From positions 682,001 through 746,000 of the forward strand of contig NC_090601.1 in the NCBI RefSeq assembly GCF_000497125.1: a stretch of 64,000 bases of DNA, in the 5' to 3' direction. The stretch's first letter is position 1, and every line of letters starts with the position of its first letter. The translations under genes and the position numbers were made by a program. Under the pieces are notes generated by a model. The model made no database searches. It saw only the letters and a program-made list of their open reading frames with translations, and was not told where the DNA came from. This document shows positions 51,231-64,000 of this stretch, piece by piece. This DNA is from Spironucleus salmonicida. Its lineage: Eukaryota.

Positions 51231-52769
51231 TCATTTTTCTAAGACACTGCAGCAGGCTACAACCTTTGAGCCGAAAATACCCTTAAGTACGACATCGCCC
51301 ATCATAATGGGGGCCTTTACAACGCATTGCCTTATTTTCTTAGCTGCCTCTATAAGTTTATTTCTAGGGATAGGCTTGGAAAGCTTTACAGGAAGTCTAG
51401 TCGTCTCGCCATTCTCTATTGCAATAGATGTAGAAAATGTTCTAAACGGCTCAACAATTTCTTATCTAGCGTAGCTAATGCCGGATTTGCATTAATTGCC
51501 TGTAATCTCTTCGATATCATTGGCATTCCCGAGTTTTACAAGCATATTGCACCCATTAGGACATACAATACACGTGATCTATCTTTGAGATTTATCAACC
51601 TCCACTTCTTCTAACTTTTCAATTGCGATAGATACATTACTGTCACTTTCTTTATACGAACGTGAACCATCTCCGCTGGAACGGCGTGAGCAACCTCCGT
51701 CTCCCCCACAATTTCTTATCCGCATCTCGCCACAACTTTGCATCTCCCAAGAATCTTATTGACGCGGATGCTTATTGACTATGAATCGAGCTCTTTGATA
51801 AGGAATTGCGGCACAGAGAACAATACGTTTTCATCAGTTTGTACAACCAGCGTACCAGGGGCTACAGATGTCTCCAAAAGAAGAGCGGCAGCTCTTCCAG
51901 CATCATGCCCCTCTTCGGCGGCATCATCCGCCAAATCATGAACCTAAAGACAATTTCCGGCTGTAAAGAAGCGCCCGCTAACACGTTTGAACGAATCAAC
52001 CTCTATAAGCCTGGTTTTTGGATTCACCTTTCCACCCAAAGTAACGGCAACTTTAGCCTGCGGAATAAGGCCAACCGAGAGTAACAAACAGTCGCATTCG
52101 AGCCTTGTAGTTTTCGTGAGATCTGGCTGCAAAGTTACAGGATCCACCGGAGCAAGGTCCACCGCGGTGATCCGAGGTTCTCCAATTATATTTACAACCG
52201 TGGTAGACAGATGGAGCGGAATTCCGAAATCGGTTAAGCACTATTCGACATTTCGCTAAAGGACAGAGCAGCGCGGCAAGAGCTCGTAGACGCCCAAAAC
52301 GCGCGCGCCCTCCAAGGTGCACCTGCGGGCCATAATCAGCCCGATATCGCCAGAGCCCAGGATCACCACGTTCTTCCCAGGCAGCTGCCCGTCCATGTTG
52401 ATCATCTGCTGCGCCAGCCCAGCCGAGTAGACGCCCGCGGGCCGAGTGCCCGGAATGCGCACCCCCGCACGGGATCTCTCGCGGCAGCCCATGCACGAAA
52501 TCAGCGCCTTCGCCGAGAAGTGCCGCACGCCGAGGCCCCTCGTGACGGTCGAAATTGTGTACCCGCCGCCCGTTTCCGCGCACTGAAACACGAACGAATG
52601 CATCAGAATGCTCGCGTTCGACTGAAGACAGTCCGATTCGAGCAGCTCCGCGTATTCGGGGCCCGTAAGCTCCTGCTTGTACTTGCGGAGCCCGAAGCCG
52701 CCGTGGATGCACTGCACCAGAATGCCCCCCGCGCGGGCGCCATTTTCGAGCACCAGGACCGATTTGCCA
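51231..52769 (-). pseudogene. 5'-truncated copy of the GlpA-like fusion gene (3' half only)
   Basis: Begins mid-gene at the inversion breakpoint; 1-bp deletion near 51645 and substitutions K>N (52742) and G>V (52263). Confidence 0.85.
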
Positions 52770-52790
52770 GGGTGCGGAAGCAGCTGGCGT

Positions 52791-53624
52791 TCATAGATGC
52801 GGGAACTGCTGGTAGAACAGGAAGTCGGTGTCGTCGGTCTCGGAAAGCTGGTTAGCCTCGCTCTGCAGCTGGAGCAACAGACTGTTCGGTCGTTCCGCAG
52901 TGACCAGGTTATGCCCCTCCCGCCGATACAACCCCAGCGCCACGAGGGTGCGGTACCGTAGCACTAGGCTAGGGTGGTGGCAGTGCACTCCTGTAACAAC
53001 CGCCTCCCGCGCGCCAACAGCGTACCGTACCGCGCATCCGGCCTCCCGGCAGCGACCGTCCTAGGCCCGGAAGCAGAGGTAGCCGCGCTTCAGGGTGAAC
53101 GCCGTCTAGACGCTGAAGCGCTGCGTACCACCTGTCTGGGCCGATATGCCCTCGACCCTAGCGAGCCCCACCTACTGCGGCGGTGCCCGGACCGCCGGCT
53201 GGTGCGCCTCCCCAAAGCCGTCCAGCAATGCACCGGCGTGCAGGAAGGCGGATCGGCGGCACAACTCGGTGATGAATTGGTTGAGGCTGGTGCAGGCCCC
53301 TACCGCCTCGTGCGAGTGGACGCCGCGGTAGGAGGAGAGCACGTGGCCGCCGGTGCGCTGGGCGATGCGCTTCGCGACGCAGGCGGGAACGTCGCACCGG
53401 AAGTAGTGTCGTGGACCGTTCACGCCGTACTTGGCCCAGCGGAAGCCATCGTCTTGGAGATCCTGCGCCCGGAGCTGCCGCGGGTCGCGCGGGGTGAGCC
53501 CCTTCACGAGGTCACCCAGGCGCGGATTGAGAGGGACGAGGTCCGCCTGGAGCGTGGTAAGCAGCCCCAGGAGGCGGGCCCGCGGTGACTCCCCTAGCTG
53601 CTGCAGCTTCTCTGAAAGTGACAT
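52791..53624 (-). CDS. WRKY: WRKY-like zinc-finger transcription factor, 277 aa
   Basis: DDGFRWAKYG...PRHYFRC-x4-C-x20-HSH; second degenerate finger C-x4-C-x16-HCH; joins track ORFs 53172-53624 and 52791-52988 via TAG=Gln. Confidence 0.8.
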
Positions 53625-53717
53625 TGTAGGTGTATTTTCATATAGTATATATTATTTAACTTATGTTTTAACAAAATTAGAATATATAAAATTAGAATAT
53701 AAATAAATGATACTAAA

Positions 53718-54260
53718 ATGAGAAAAGCTTCAACGCAGAATGATATTTTGAACCCCGCGTTTGTGAAAGATCGCAAATACCACCTTGCACTGGCCACGGA
53801 GCTCAGCTCTGCTGTTTTAAATCAGCAGTACAATAGCAACCTACCAAATGTTGGATATACAGATTAGAGCATGCGCGTATCCAGGAAACTCCAGTTAGCC
53901 AACATGAAGTCGTCCGCCTTAGAAACTATCAGCGAGGAGTCGAAACTTTTTGGCAAGCTAGAGAAGCGCCCAACGTATACGAACATTTTTAAGACTTAAC
54001 CAGCGGCATCCATCAGCGACTTGCAGTCCAGCACGTTAGCGGAGGACCTAAAAGCGTTCAATTTTAACAGCTCAGACGATGAGATTTTTGGTCCTATGCC
54101 TACAAGCCCAGTCTGCGATAGGATTCCAGACATCTCGAAAAAATTGTCTCTGAAGGAGGAGATTCAGCACCTAACAGGCGCGTAATATCGCGGCAACATG
54201 ATCCGCGCGCTATCACCACTGCAGCGCCGAATCTAGGAGCGCAAACAGCTCCGGAAATGA
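53718..54260 (+). CDS. Hypothetical 180-aa protein, divergent from WRKY
   Basis: MRKASTQNDILNP...ERKQLRK-TGA open with TAR=Gln. Confidence 0.65.
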
Positions 54261-54419
54261 AAATTCCGCACGCGGTCTGCGCCCAGCGCGTTTATTTCGC
54301 CACCGACGTGCGCCGGAAAGCGCGCTTTGACCATTACTAATGTTTTTTCTGATAAGACGTAATGAATAATTTCATTTAAAAGTCGATTTTCCATTCCATC
54401 GTTAGATCACTTATAATTT

Positions 54420-55157
54420 TCACTCCCATTCATTTTTGCCTTCTTTGCCCAAAAACTTCTTCAAATCGCGCGATTTGTCCTGTCCGGGCGACCGTACACT
54501 CAGCTCCTGTAGATTTCGCAGGCTGCTCGTGCCGAGGCCGGCCAGGAGGCTGTTGCGGCTCTGGCGTGTGACCTGTACGACGTTCCGCGTAGTTTTCTGC
54601 TCCTGTGCCTAAATGCCGAGGCTGACGGTTTTGACCATCAGTTTGTTCTTGAGCGTCACACACTCCGTGTACAGCTCGTCGTACTCGTTCCGCGCGACGA
54701 CAAGCGCCTCCGTGAGCTCCTGGACCTCGTCCTTCAGCTCCTGCACGTCCGTGGGCTCGATTTTGATCTACTTGAAGTCGATTTGCGCGGCGCCCTGGAC
54801 GCTGTTTTTCTTGATCTGGCTGATCGTGGCCTTCAGGAACTCGATTTCCTGCCGCTTATTCGACTGCTCCTTGGCCTGCATCTGCACCTTGATTTCGAGC
54901 TCCTTTACGGTGTGCAGACGTCCTTTGAGTGCATCGACTTCGTTTGTCATCGCTTTGAGCTGTTTGGCGTGCTTTAAGATGTAGACTTCGGTCGTGTCGA
55001 TGAAAGTCCGGATGTACGGCAGAATTGACTTTTCCTTGACCTCCCTGTCGAAAATATCTAGATCGTCGTAAATGTAGAATTTGTGCGATTTTAGCTCGGA
55101 TCGGAGGTACTTAAATGCGTTGAGGACGAGCATGCTGAAGTCCTCCAGCTGCGTCAT
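54420..55157 (-). CDS. Coiled-coil hypothetical protein, 245 aa
   Basis: MTQLEDFSML...KNEWE; heptad-like E/K/L composition; stop within AGTGA. Confidence 0.75.
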
Positions 55158-55700
55158 TGCAAAAATAAGGATTAACACGGTAGACTGTATAAAAATGAAT
55201 ATATTACAATTCACAATACAAAATAAATTATTCGATATAATAGACTGTAAATTAAAAATGAGATTCAAATAATAGAATTATATTATGAGTACAAAATATG
55301 ACGATTATGGCTAAATAAGGTAAGTATCTAGTCTAATATTAGGTAATAAAGCTAGATGAATTGTTTAACTTGTTTTATACTGATATTTCTAGTAATAATT
55401 AATATTTGGGCCTTGCATATGTGGTGAATAGGTAAATATGATTAGTCTAGTTGTTTCAATTCATGGCGGATAAATTTGATGAGATTGTTCAAGTCTAATG
55501 TAATATTGTATAATATTTCATTTATTATGGCACTGCTACATAAGAAATATATATCAGTAATTTTATGCGTAGTTTTCACTCTCTGGTACCGGAAGTCCTC
55601 TAAAATTTAGTGTTATCGATAAATTTATACTTTTGATAGCAGAAGGTAATTAGTTTGGCGTATGTAGCTTCCCATGCCACCAACTCCGCTAAAACATTTT

Positions 55701-58700
55701 TCATTCCCCGATCAAGCGCATGAAGTCCTCCTCCAAGTCTATCTCGCATACATCATAGCTTTCCGATGCTACTTCGTTGTCAATCGCCCACTATACCACC
55801 CGGCTCATCTTCAGCCCAAATAGGACGAAGTAATCGCCCCTCTCGCCTCTAGTGTATTACGCAAATTTGAGCCTAAATTCATCACGCTTCACAGAAATTT
55901 GCACCTGGAAGCAATTTTTCTCCCGCATGTTGTCCACACTGCCGCAGTAGTTAATGCGACCGTCTTTCAGCAAAACAACATCGTCGACCAGTTAAGCCAC
56001 CTCGCTCAGGTCGTGCGTAGTGATGATAACGGTTTTACCTAGATGAATCAGCTTCTAGGTGGCAACCTGAATTACCTATTTAGTAAGCGCACCCAAACCT
56101 GTCGAGGGCTCGTCCAATGCGATTATATTTGCCTTGCTGGTCAGAGCGATTGCGAGAGATAGCTTTCGACGAATTCCTCCAGAAAGCGAGGAAATCAGAG
56201 CATTCCTGATAGCGCTCAGGTCCAGTAGCTCCAAAATTTGATCCACTTGGCTGGTTTCGTTGAAAATGGAGAATAGCTGCACAATTTAGGAAATGGTGAG
56301 ACTTTCATAAAATATATCGTGCTGCGGCACCATGGTGAAGCTCTTGTACTTGTGGTATGTTTTATAAAGGTCATATGGGCCAATTACCGCTGCACCTTGA
56401 TCAATCTATATGATTCCCGCGAAGGAGTGCATAAGGGTGCTCTTCCCCGACCCGTTCGAACCCAGAAGCCCAAACACGCAGTTCTCTTTCACTGAAAAAG
56501 ACACGTCCTTAAGCGCAAATTAGGATCTTTCATACTAATGCGTAACATTTTATACGTCGAAGAAGTTAGCGTCGCCATAATACTCGGTCACATGCGTATC
56601 TAGAAGAGCAAGCTCAGACCTAGTCTTTTTAAATTTTAGGATCACTTTTATGATGAACATAATTCTGTTTTTCTATGCGACAAGGAAAAATACAAAGAAC
56701 TACAAAAAGTATGAGATAAAAATCGTTACATATAATTTCTATTACACCACTTGATGATGTATTACCAAGGATATAATGTAGCAGAAACCATATGCCGGTA
56801 TCACAATAGAGATTATCTGGGCAAATGAATCCGATGCTATTGTCATTATCTAGAATACGACAGCAAAGATAGTAATTAATAACGATACCACCGCCGCATA
56901 CTTTCCGGAGTTCAGAATCTTTCCCATCAAAATACCAGTTGGGACACACACTAGAGCCTGCATAATATACAGGCCTACTACAAATCCCGGATTGGGTAGA
57001 TTTGCTAAAATAGGATAGCATATGATCGCAATAATCAGAAGCGTAGCCAATGCCATTATCAAAGCAACAATGGTGTAAAATGTCGAATGGGCAAGAAACA
57101 ATAGCGTCATCTTCACATTGTGAAAGTGGAAAAGTTTGTTGACTGCATTATCGCAATCCATACCCGCAAGCTGGCCTGTAAAAAATAGAGGTAAAAAGCC
57201 TCCTATCAGTAAAACTACTATTGTTATTAAATTTGTAATCTCATTAGAATTATTTATCTCCATATTCGGCTAAATGCTTACATTCGAAAAACCTGGCATC
57301 TCGCTCTACTATATAGAATAAGTGAAGTTCCAAGGAGAATAATCGATTGAATTGGCAAAAAGATACTTTCTAAATAATGCGGAGGTTTGTTGAGTTAACA
57401 TATTATTTCCTATATCATAAAATACAACCGGAGGATTACATGGTAGTCTCACAGTAGTATCATCTATCAATATGTATCTTTCTATCCCTCTGGCTCCTAT
57501 ATATACTACATATGTCTCGTTAATATATAATCCATCACATTTATACTATAACTTGTCTGCTAGTTAAACTAATAACGTATTTACATTGTAGCCAAACATA
57601 TTTAATGGCAGTGGTAGTGATATTTTAATATTAACATACTTACTATTTTATTTATTGAATTCTACTATACCAGATGAGTAAAGATTATTGTATAACTAGT
57701 TTAATATATCTGTAGTAGGTAGTGTATTATTTCCATTAAACTTTATATGAGAATTTTTACCTATCATATTATAATGATAAATTGCTTAAGCGGAAGTATT
57801 AAATACATTGATATTTTAATTTCTTATAACAAATTTTGATTAATAATCACATTTAAACTCTTGAATACATTATTATATACATTATATCTATTTAGGCTAT
57901 TCCGCACATTTTAAAAATTAAATATCCATGTTAATACAAGTTTACTTACAATATTCTAAATTATAGCATCCGGTCTCATTTCTAATATAATGATTGCCTA
58001 TAACCAGCTATTAAAGAGGAGCTAAATCAGGATATTTTAACGGGTTTACGACTTTACTATTTTCGTACAACTTATCATAGTCAAAATCTTCTAATTAGAA
58101 AGATTGATCTAAAAGTTTATTTTATGTTTACTTTGAAATTTATGGAAGCAAATCATTACGCTTGAGAGGATCAACTACTAAATAGTTAAATACCATATCC
58201 TAATGAGATTATCTATAGTCACCTAATGAAGTAGTAGATCGAGAATAATAATCAAGTCCCAAAAATGTCGCATATTAAATACAATATGGGCGTTCTAGTA
58301 TATTAAAGGTAAATAATTCTTTCGGCCTTTCTTACAAACATTAATTAAGTACATTTTTAATAAGATTTTAATTATTTCCATAATGCTTATAACATTATAA
58401 ATAGCACTAATTAAATAAATATTATTTCGTATTATGATAATGCACTGTAATATTTCCATCTCCGGTGAGCCCTATCATCTTAACAAGTAATATATATGCC
58501 ACTCCAAGAAATAAAACAATAAATGACATCAAAAGTAATAATGCATATATGAACGATGTTTGTCCAGAGAAAAATTCAAGTCTAAACATGTTCTATACTA
58601 AAGCCATAAATTTATTATTTATGTAACCACGCGAAGTTTTTCGTTACTTTATAGTCTCCTATTTTTACAGTTCCATTTACAGCTTAACATAAGTATCTTA

Positions 58701-61307
58701 AAGTTTAAATTTCTATAGGGTATAAGTAGACACTATTTTATCATGCTCTAGGGTTTCTAATAATAAGTGGAGCTCTAAAAGCACCTACTGGGATATTTCG
58801 TTGAACTCAAGTTGTACAGAATGTCGACGAATACCAATAACAGTAAATTCATACGGAAAGAGCTCGCGTAGTTTTTCTTCAGTGAAGTTCTCGGACTCGA
58901 AGTTGAAGGTAAGTGAGTAGCCCTAAAACATTTACCGCACCTGGGGTAGCGTCTGGTTATGCTAGAATATCGCCCCGCGGTCTATGAAGTTGATTTTCTA
59001 CGCAATCTCCTCAACCTCCGTCATGTCGTGTGTAGTCAAAACTACCGAGCATTCGATCTTGCGAACAATCTCCCAGATTTTTCGTTTCAATATTGGGTCC
59101 ACCCCAGCCGAAATTTCGTCGAACATGACGAGGTTGTTTGAGCCAACGATGGCGTTACAGCAGGCGAGTCTTCTCAGCATACCGCCACTGAGCCTCTTGG
59201 CGGTTCTTCGTTGAACGGACGGCGAATCTAGCCCTATAGTCGCGAGAAGGTCCTGGATGATAGCGCTCTACTCGGCGATTGATATCTTAGCACCAGTACG
59301 GTATTGTCTGAGGCTGAAGGAAAACGCTACATTATTCAACACCGACATATCCAGGAAGACGTTGCTAAAGTCTTAGGGGCAGTAGCCGGTAAAGGGCTTT
59401 ACCAAGTAAGCATGAATCGAGTTTGTGAGGTCGAATGTTCCAAAAACAGTTGAGCTGCAAGAAGCCTACCTGTCCAACTGAACATCACCGGCGATCGCCC
59501 CAAGTAGGGTTGACTTTCCTGCGGAAGTTTCGCCAATGACTGCCGAGGATCCCTCTAGCAGCGAAAAACTACAGTTAGCAAGGCCAACTATTTTACTACG
59601 ACGCCAGATTTTCCACTTTCCTGTATAAGTAACAGAAATATTCTACAGATTAACATGGTTAGAATCTGGCACCAGCCTCCGCCATTGCCATAGGTCCTTT
59701 TTCAAGAAGAAAAGTGGATGCAGACCATAGAAACCCTTTTCAGGAATTACATGGGCGAGGTAGATAATAAAAAGGAAAAAGAAAGCAGCAGAGAATCCCA
59801 GCACTAGGTAGAGATGCCAGTAGGTAACATGCTGATATTTGCATATATGTCCAGCGTCTATGTTCTGGAGAATGCATAAGAATTACTTAGTGCCTTATGA
59901 TGTAAGGAAGTTCAATGAAACAAGCGTTTCTTAGGGTTTCCAGGAATAGCTACTCACAAACTAGCTCTTTATATCCTTGCTTAGCGCAAAATACATGGAG
60001 TCATACACCATGACTACTCCAAAAATCGGAACTAGAAAGGTAACTGTCCAGGTAATAGCCTAAGGAAGCATGGACGGATCGAAGAATGTTGTTGAGAAAA
60101 ATAAAGCCTAGTGGAAAACTATGGGCAGTAAGATCATCGCAAGACACATTATACACACAAAAATAATTACACGCGTGCGCTAGCTGCCAAAAATCACGGA
60201 TATAAAATTTACACCAACCGAGATAATTAAAGCAGATGCCAGAGCCGCCACCATGCAGAAACCAACAGTAATACCGGAGAAAGGCAATATACCGACATAG
60301 TGGCCAAAGACGAAGAAGGTTTCAGTGGATACCAAGGTTGGGACAAAAGTGAAAACCATAGCAGTAGTATAGAAAGAATGATGGAGCACTCCTAACCGCT
60401 TAAGAACCACATGGATATTATCTCTGTTCTGCGTTGCGATGAAAGCTGCCATAAGAATGATAACAGTAAGCGAAAGCGAGTTAGCGATGCTAAAAAGAAG
60501 GTTGATATTCATCACATCATCAACGCGATGTCTCAATGGCTCTAGAAAGTTATGACTAATATGATAGTCTACTTTTGCGAAATAATCTACTAAATACTAA
60601 TCGATTTACGTCTAAAGAGCTATTCCGTAACCTGTCCAAAATGCTTTCTTCCAACCAAATGTGAATTACTAAAACAATGGATCAGGCTATTCTACCAGTA
60701 ATTTTTCTAAAAACGAATTGTTCACAACCACCTCGACCGTAAGGTTGAGCGGCATGTTCTAAATCATTTCCTCTGACTGTAGAATGTTAATATGAATGAA
60801 TATTTCGTCATTCAGGAGCGGACCTGAATATTATGGATACCTATTATGCAGATCGTCCTAGAAAGTATCTAAAAATGTGGAATTGCATGTATCCGCTACC
60901 TGCAATACATCATCGCAGAATACCTACCTAGCAAATTCTACATCAAAACTTTGGTTAGTAAAAAGGTTCTTCTTGGCGAAGTAGCTATTTGCCTCCTCTG
61001 GAGACTCGAAGAATCTCGTTCGGTGGCCCTTAAGGCCATTTTTCGCTAGAACGAAGTCCAGCAAATCTCTTGTTAGCTCAGTGTTCGGAGAGGCTGACAG
61101 ATAAACGAAATCTTCGTTTTATGGAAGTTTCGGCAAGGTCGGTATGTCGATGTTTACTGAGTTGGAAGTAAACAGACTGTTAGAGATGAGAAATATCATG
61201 CCCGAAAGGCCTATCGCCATGAGAAGTGGCAGAATCAGTTATGCTACCACGATTACTGTCAGCGACCTTGCCCTAAATAGGAAAAACTAGCTTAAAGGCT
61301 TGTTCAT
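55701..61307 (-). CDS. Full-length ABCA-type ABC transporter, 1868 aa
   Basis: TMD-NBD-TMD-NBD; GETSAGKST / LSGGMLRRL / VMFDE and GSNGSGKST / LSGGIRRKL / IALDEPSTGL; all track fragments share one frame. Confidence 0.88.
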
Positions 61308-63259
61308 TTTATAGATAGTTGTAGTATTAATTAAAATATTCAATAATTATAATGAAAGAAACTAGCAACCCAAGTTATGAAAATATTATTAGTTAATGCT
61401 ATTACTCTAAAATTCAAAACTTTGCATTCATGAATACTCAAGACCCTAACACTGTACATTAATATGAAAAATTATATGAACAAGTATATGCATATTTAAT
61501 TTACGATGCTAAATTTAGTTATTTTGTTACTATAACAATGACAATTTACTGCTTTGGTATAAATAATATAATAAAAATACGTAAAATAGAATAGTGATAA
61601 ATGTAATCTGACGAAAAACCAATATTTAATTAAAGTTTTTAACCTGGTATTAACATTTATATTAGAGACATAATATTATATATTATTGCTTAAATAATAT
61701 TTGTAAAAGAAAATGAGCTAAATCCTGCTTATATGATGCACAATTAATAAAATCATTAATTTATTTATATATAAAGAATTTTATTATATACGTTAAATGT
61801 GTAATTATGATAATTTACTAAGTTTCACTCTATAGAAAATGATTCGGGACATTCTTGGTCTATTAAATTGTCGTTCTCCAGTGAGGAAAGATTGTCGATT
61901 GGTTTCTTTAATTAAGTAGAGTCTTTATATCGTTATTTTTTTCTCATTTAATACATCATTAGATTATTAATGAAGTAAAAAAGAACCGGTGTTATTAACA
62001 TTAGTAGATTATTCCTGAATTCTATTTAAATTTCTCTATATTCGTTTTTGTCTTGTATATTCTGCTAAATATGATTTATTAAGATTGTTTAATTGGCAGT
62101 AAACTTTATTAACATAAGACTAGTTCCCTCCCATTATAAATAGTTCATATTTTTAGACTAAATATATATTAGATTTTTAAAATCTTTTAATTCATATTTT
62201 ATACTTTAGTATATTAAATTATAATCATTTTATTTATAGAGTATATTTTCTCATATCTTTTTATATTTACAAAATACATAATTAATATTTCATGTTCCAG
62301 TTAATTAAACTATTATTCTAGATTATTAAGTAAAAACATCTCAAATTATTATTTAATAATTTATTGCAAAGTATCTTTGAACAATAAAAGATTTAGTTTT
62401 TCGATAATAATAAATTTTATTACGGATAATATTATTTAATGTTACTACATACTGTTTAATTAGTATTAAAATTAGATTAAACTCTAAAATTTTTATACAG
62501 TAATATAAATTTATTTTTAAACTATGAAATTAAATATCAGAATTAGTGGTATTGATAATTATCAAAAAATTATTTTCAATTATAATAACTTTTATTCACT
62601 TATACAAAATTATTCCTTTTTATTACATCTAAACAAAATATTTTATGCAAATAATCTTAACTACATATTTACCTTATAAAATAACTATAAAATATTATTA
62701 AGAGTATATCTAGAATAAATTTAGTTGCCATATATCAGTCAAGTTTGTTTGGTAACTATATTAGTAGTACTGTTAAAAATGCAGTCTTAGAAAAAACACT
62801 CAATAATATATTATAATAAGATTTTAACTAAATATAATATAAAAGTCTCATCATATGTTGTCGATAAGTTTATATTATTAGTATATTACTTATAGCAAAA
62901 GTGAAACTACAACGTTTATCTTTTACATTATAGAGTACTCAACTGAATTAATAGAGTTATTACTATATTATTCAAACCAATTACTACAAATACCTAAGTA
63001 ATTACTAATATTACCAACTAATTTTTAATTAAATAATATTGCTAACTCAAATTATATCACACTACTAAATCTAACATTTTTATATTTTAAAATTATTTAT
63101 TATTATATAATAATATATATTACGAAAGTTTCCTTTCGCCATCCACGTATACTTTAAACCGTGTAAATCAAATAAATTTCCACAATTTTGTATATGTTTC
63201 ATTTTGCAGTAATTTGAAGACTATTAACAATTGCTAATACACATTTTCACTTCTAGAAA

Positions 63260-63421
63260 ATGCTACCGGATATTGCTACCCTAACAGTTTGCTGCTTAAT
63301 CCTCGTCCTAGGCATCATCCTAGGAGTAATCGTATTCATCAACTACAGAAGAATATATAAGCGAAAAGAATCTTTTCCGCCACTTTCTACTCCCTATAAC
63401 AGCCACCTTTCCATTCAGTGA
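63260..63421 (+). CDS. Small single-pass membrane protein, 53 aa
   Basis: MLPDIATLTVCCLILVLGIILGVIVFINYRRIYKRK; TM then basic tail; stop within AGTGA. Confidence 0.55.
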   Translation: MLPDIATLTVCCLILVLGIILGVIVFINYRRIYKRKESFPPLSTPYNSHLSIQ

Positions 63422-63471
63422 TTTTATGAGTATTATACATTAATATTGTCTTTACCACTCCATATCAAAAA

Positions 63472-64000
63472 ATGTTCCTAATACTGGCCCTGATCCCGAT
63501 ACCACAGGAGGTCAGTTTTTCTTCACAACCTCCCCTTAGGCTGGAATCAGTCAAATTTCGTTGCCAGTACTACGATCTGTCCTCCTGTCAGTCAGATATG
63601 CAAGAAACACTGAATTTCTTCTAAAAACAATTCGACACTGACGCTACCTCAGAAAAGGTCCAAATCAACATAAATCTGACCCAGAAAAATGAATCCCCGG
63701 ACCCCACGACGCTGAACGAGTCCTACACGATCAGCACGCTCACAACATCGATCGAAATCGAAGCCTGCAATGTTTTCGGCCTCTCTCGGGCCCTTTTCAC
63801 AGTTTTCAAGTACACGGAAAACGGCTTTTTCAACGTCTCAAAAACGCACGATTTCTCGACTTCCAACATCAGATTCTTCCAGCTGAACGTCGCAGACAAC
63901 TTTCGGAATTTAAATTCTTTGAAAACTGATATAACGAAACTCGCATTTTTAAGTTTTAATATGATCCAACTGGTCGTGAGTTCCGACGTTTCGACGCCGC
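63472..64000 (+). CDS. GH20 beta-hexosaminidase-like protein, N-terminal part (runs off window)
   Basis: Signal-like MFLILAL, LIPIPQ, NESYTI, IEACNVFGLSRALFT resemble the GH20 N-terminal domain. Confidence 0.6.

Larger units (their letters stand above)
39517..52769. repeat. Right arm of ~13.25 kb inverted duplication
   Basis: Reverse complement of 23203-36457. Confidence 0.97.

Noticed and set aside
61440-62134. Minus ORF starting MGGNQS (myristoylation-like)
   Set aside because: Runs into AT-rich non-coding-like sequence with no convincing end.
1-64000. Prokaryotic origin, CRISPR arrays, rRNA/tRNA, transposase or reverse transcriptase, spliceosomal introns
   Set aside because: Rab, CRMP and the table-6 code show a eukaryote; no repeat-spacer array, RNA gene, transposase/RT motif or required intron was seen by eye.

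Overview
Eukaryotic, intron-free genomic DNA read with the non-standard code TAA/TAG = Gln (TGA is the only stop), so the supplied standard-code ORF track fragments almost every gene. The code, AGTGA signals at stop codons, a VSP-like cysteine-rich membrane protein and bacterial-type metabolic genes point to a hexamitid diplomonad, most likely Spironucleus (inference). Manual re-translation gives Rab1, GalE, FKBP, an ankyrin protein, a CRMP, two paralogous type I membrane proteins, peroxiredoxin, a 1038-aa three-part GlpA-like fusion, Mre11, a WRKY-like factor, a full ABCA transporter, a divergent GH20-like protein and several hypotheticals. Structurally, the window holds a >=1.8 kb direct repeat (1-1827 / 18939-20765) and a ~13.25 kb inverted duplication (23203-36457 / 39517-52769). 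The 3059 bp spacer of the inversion carries Mre11, whose ATG lies in a small palindrome 18 bp from the ATG of a divergent, very GC-rich gene. All translations and alignments were done by eye.
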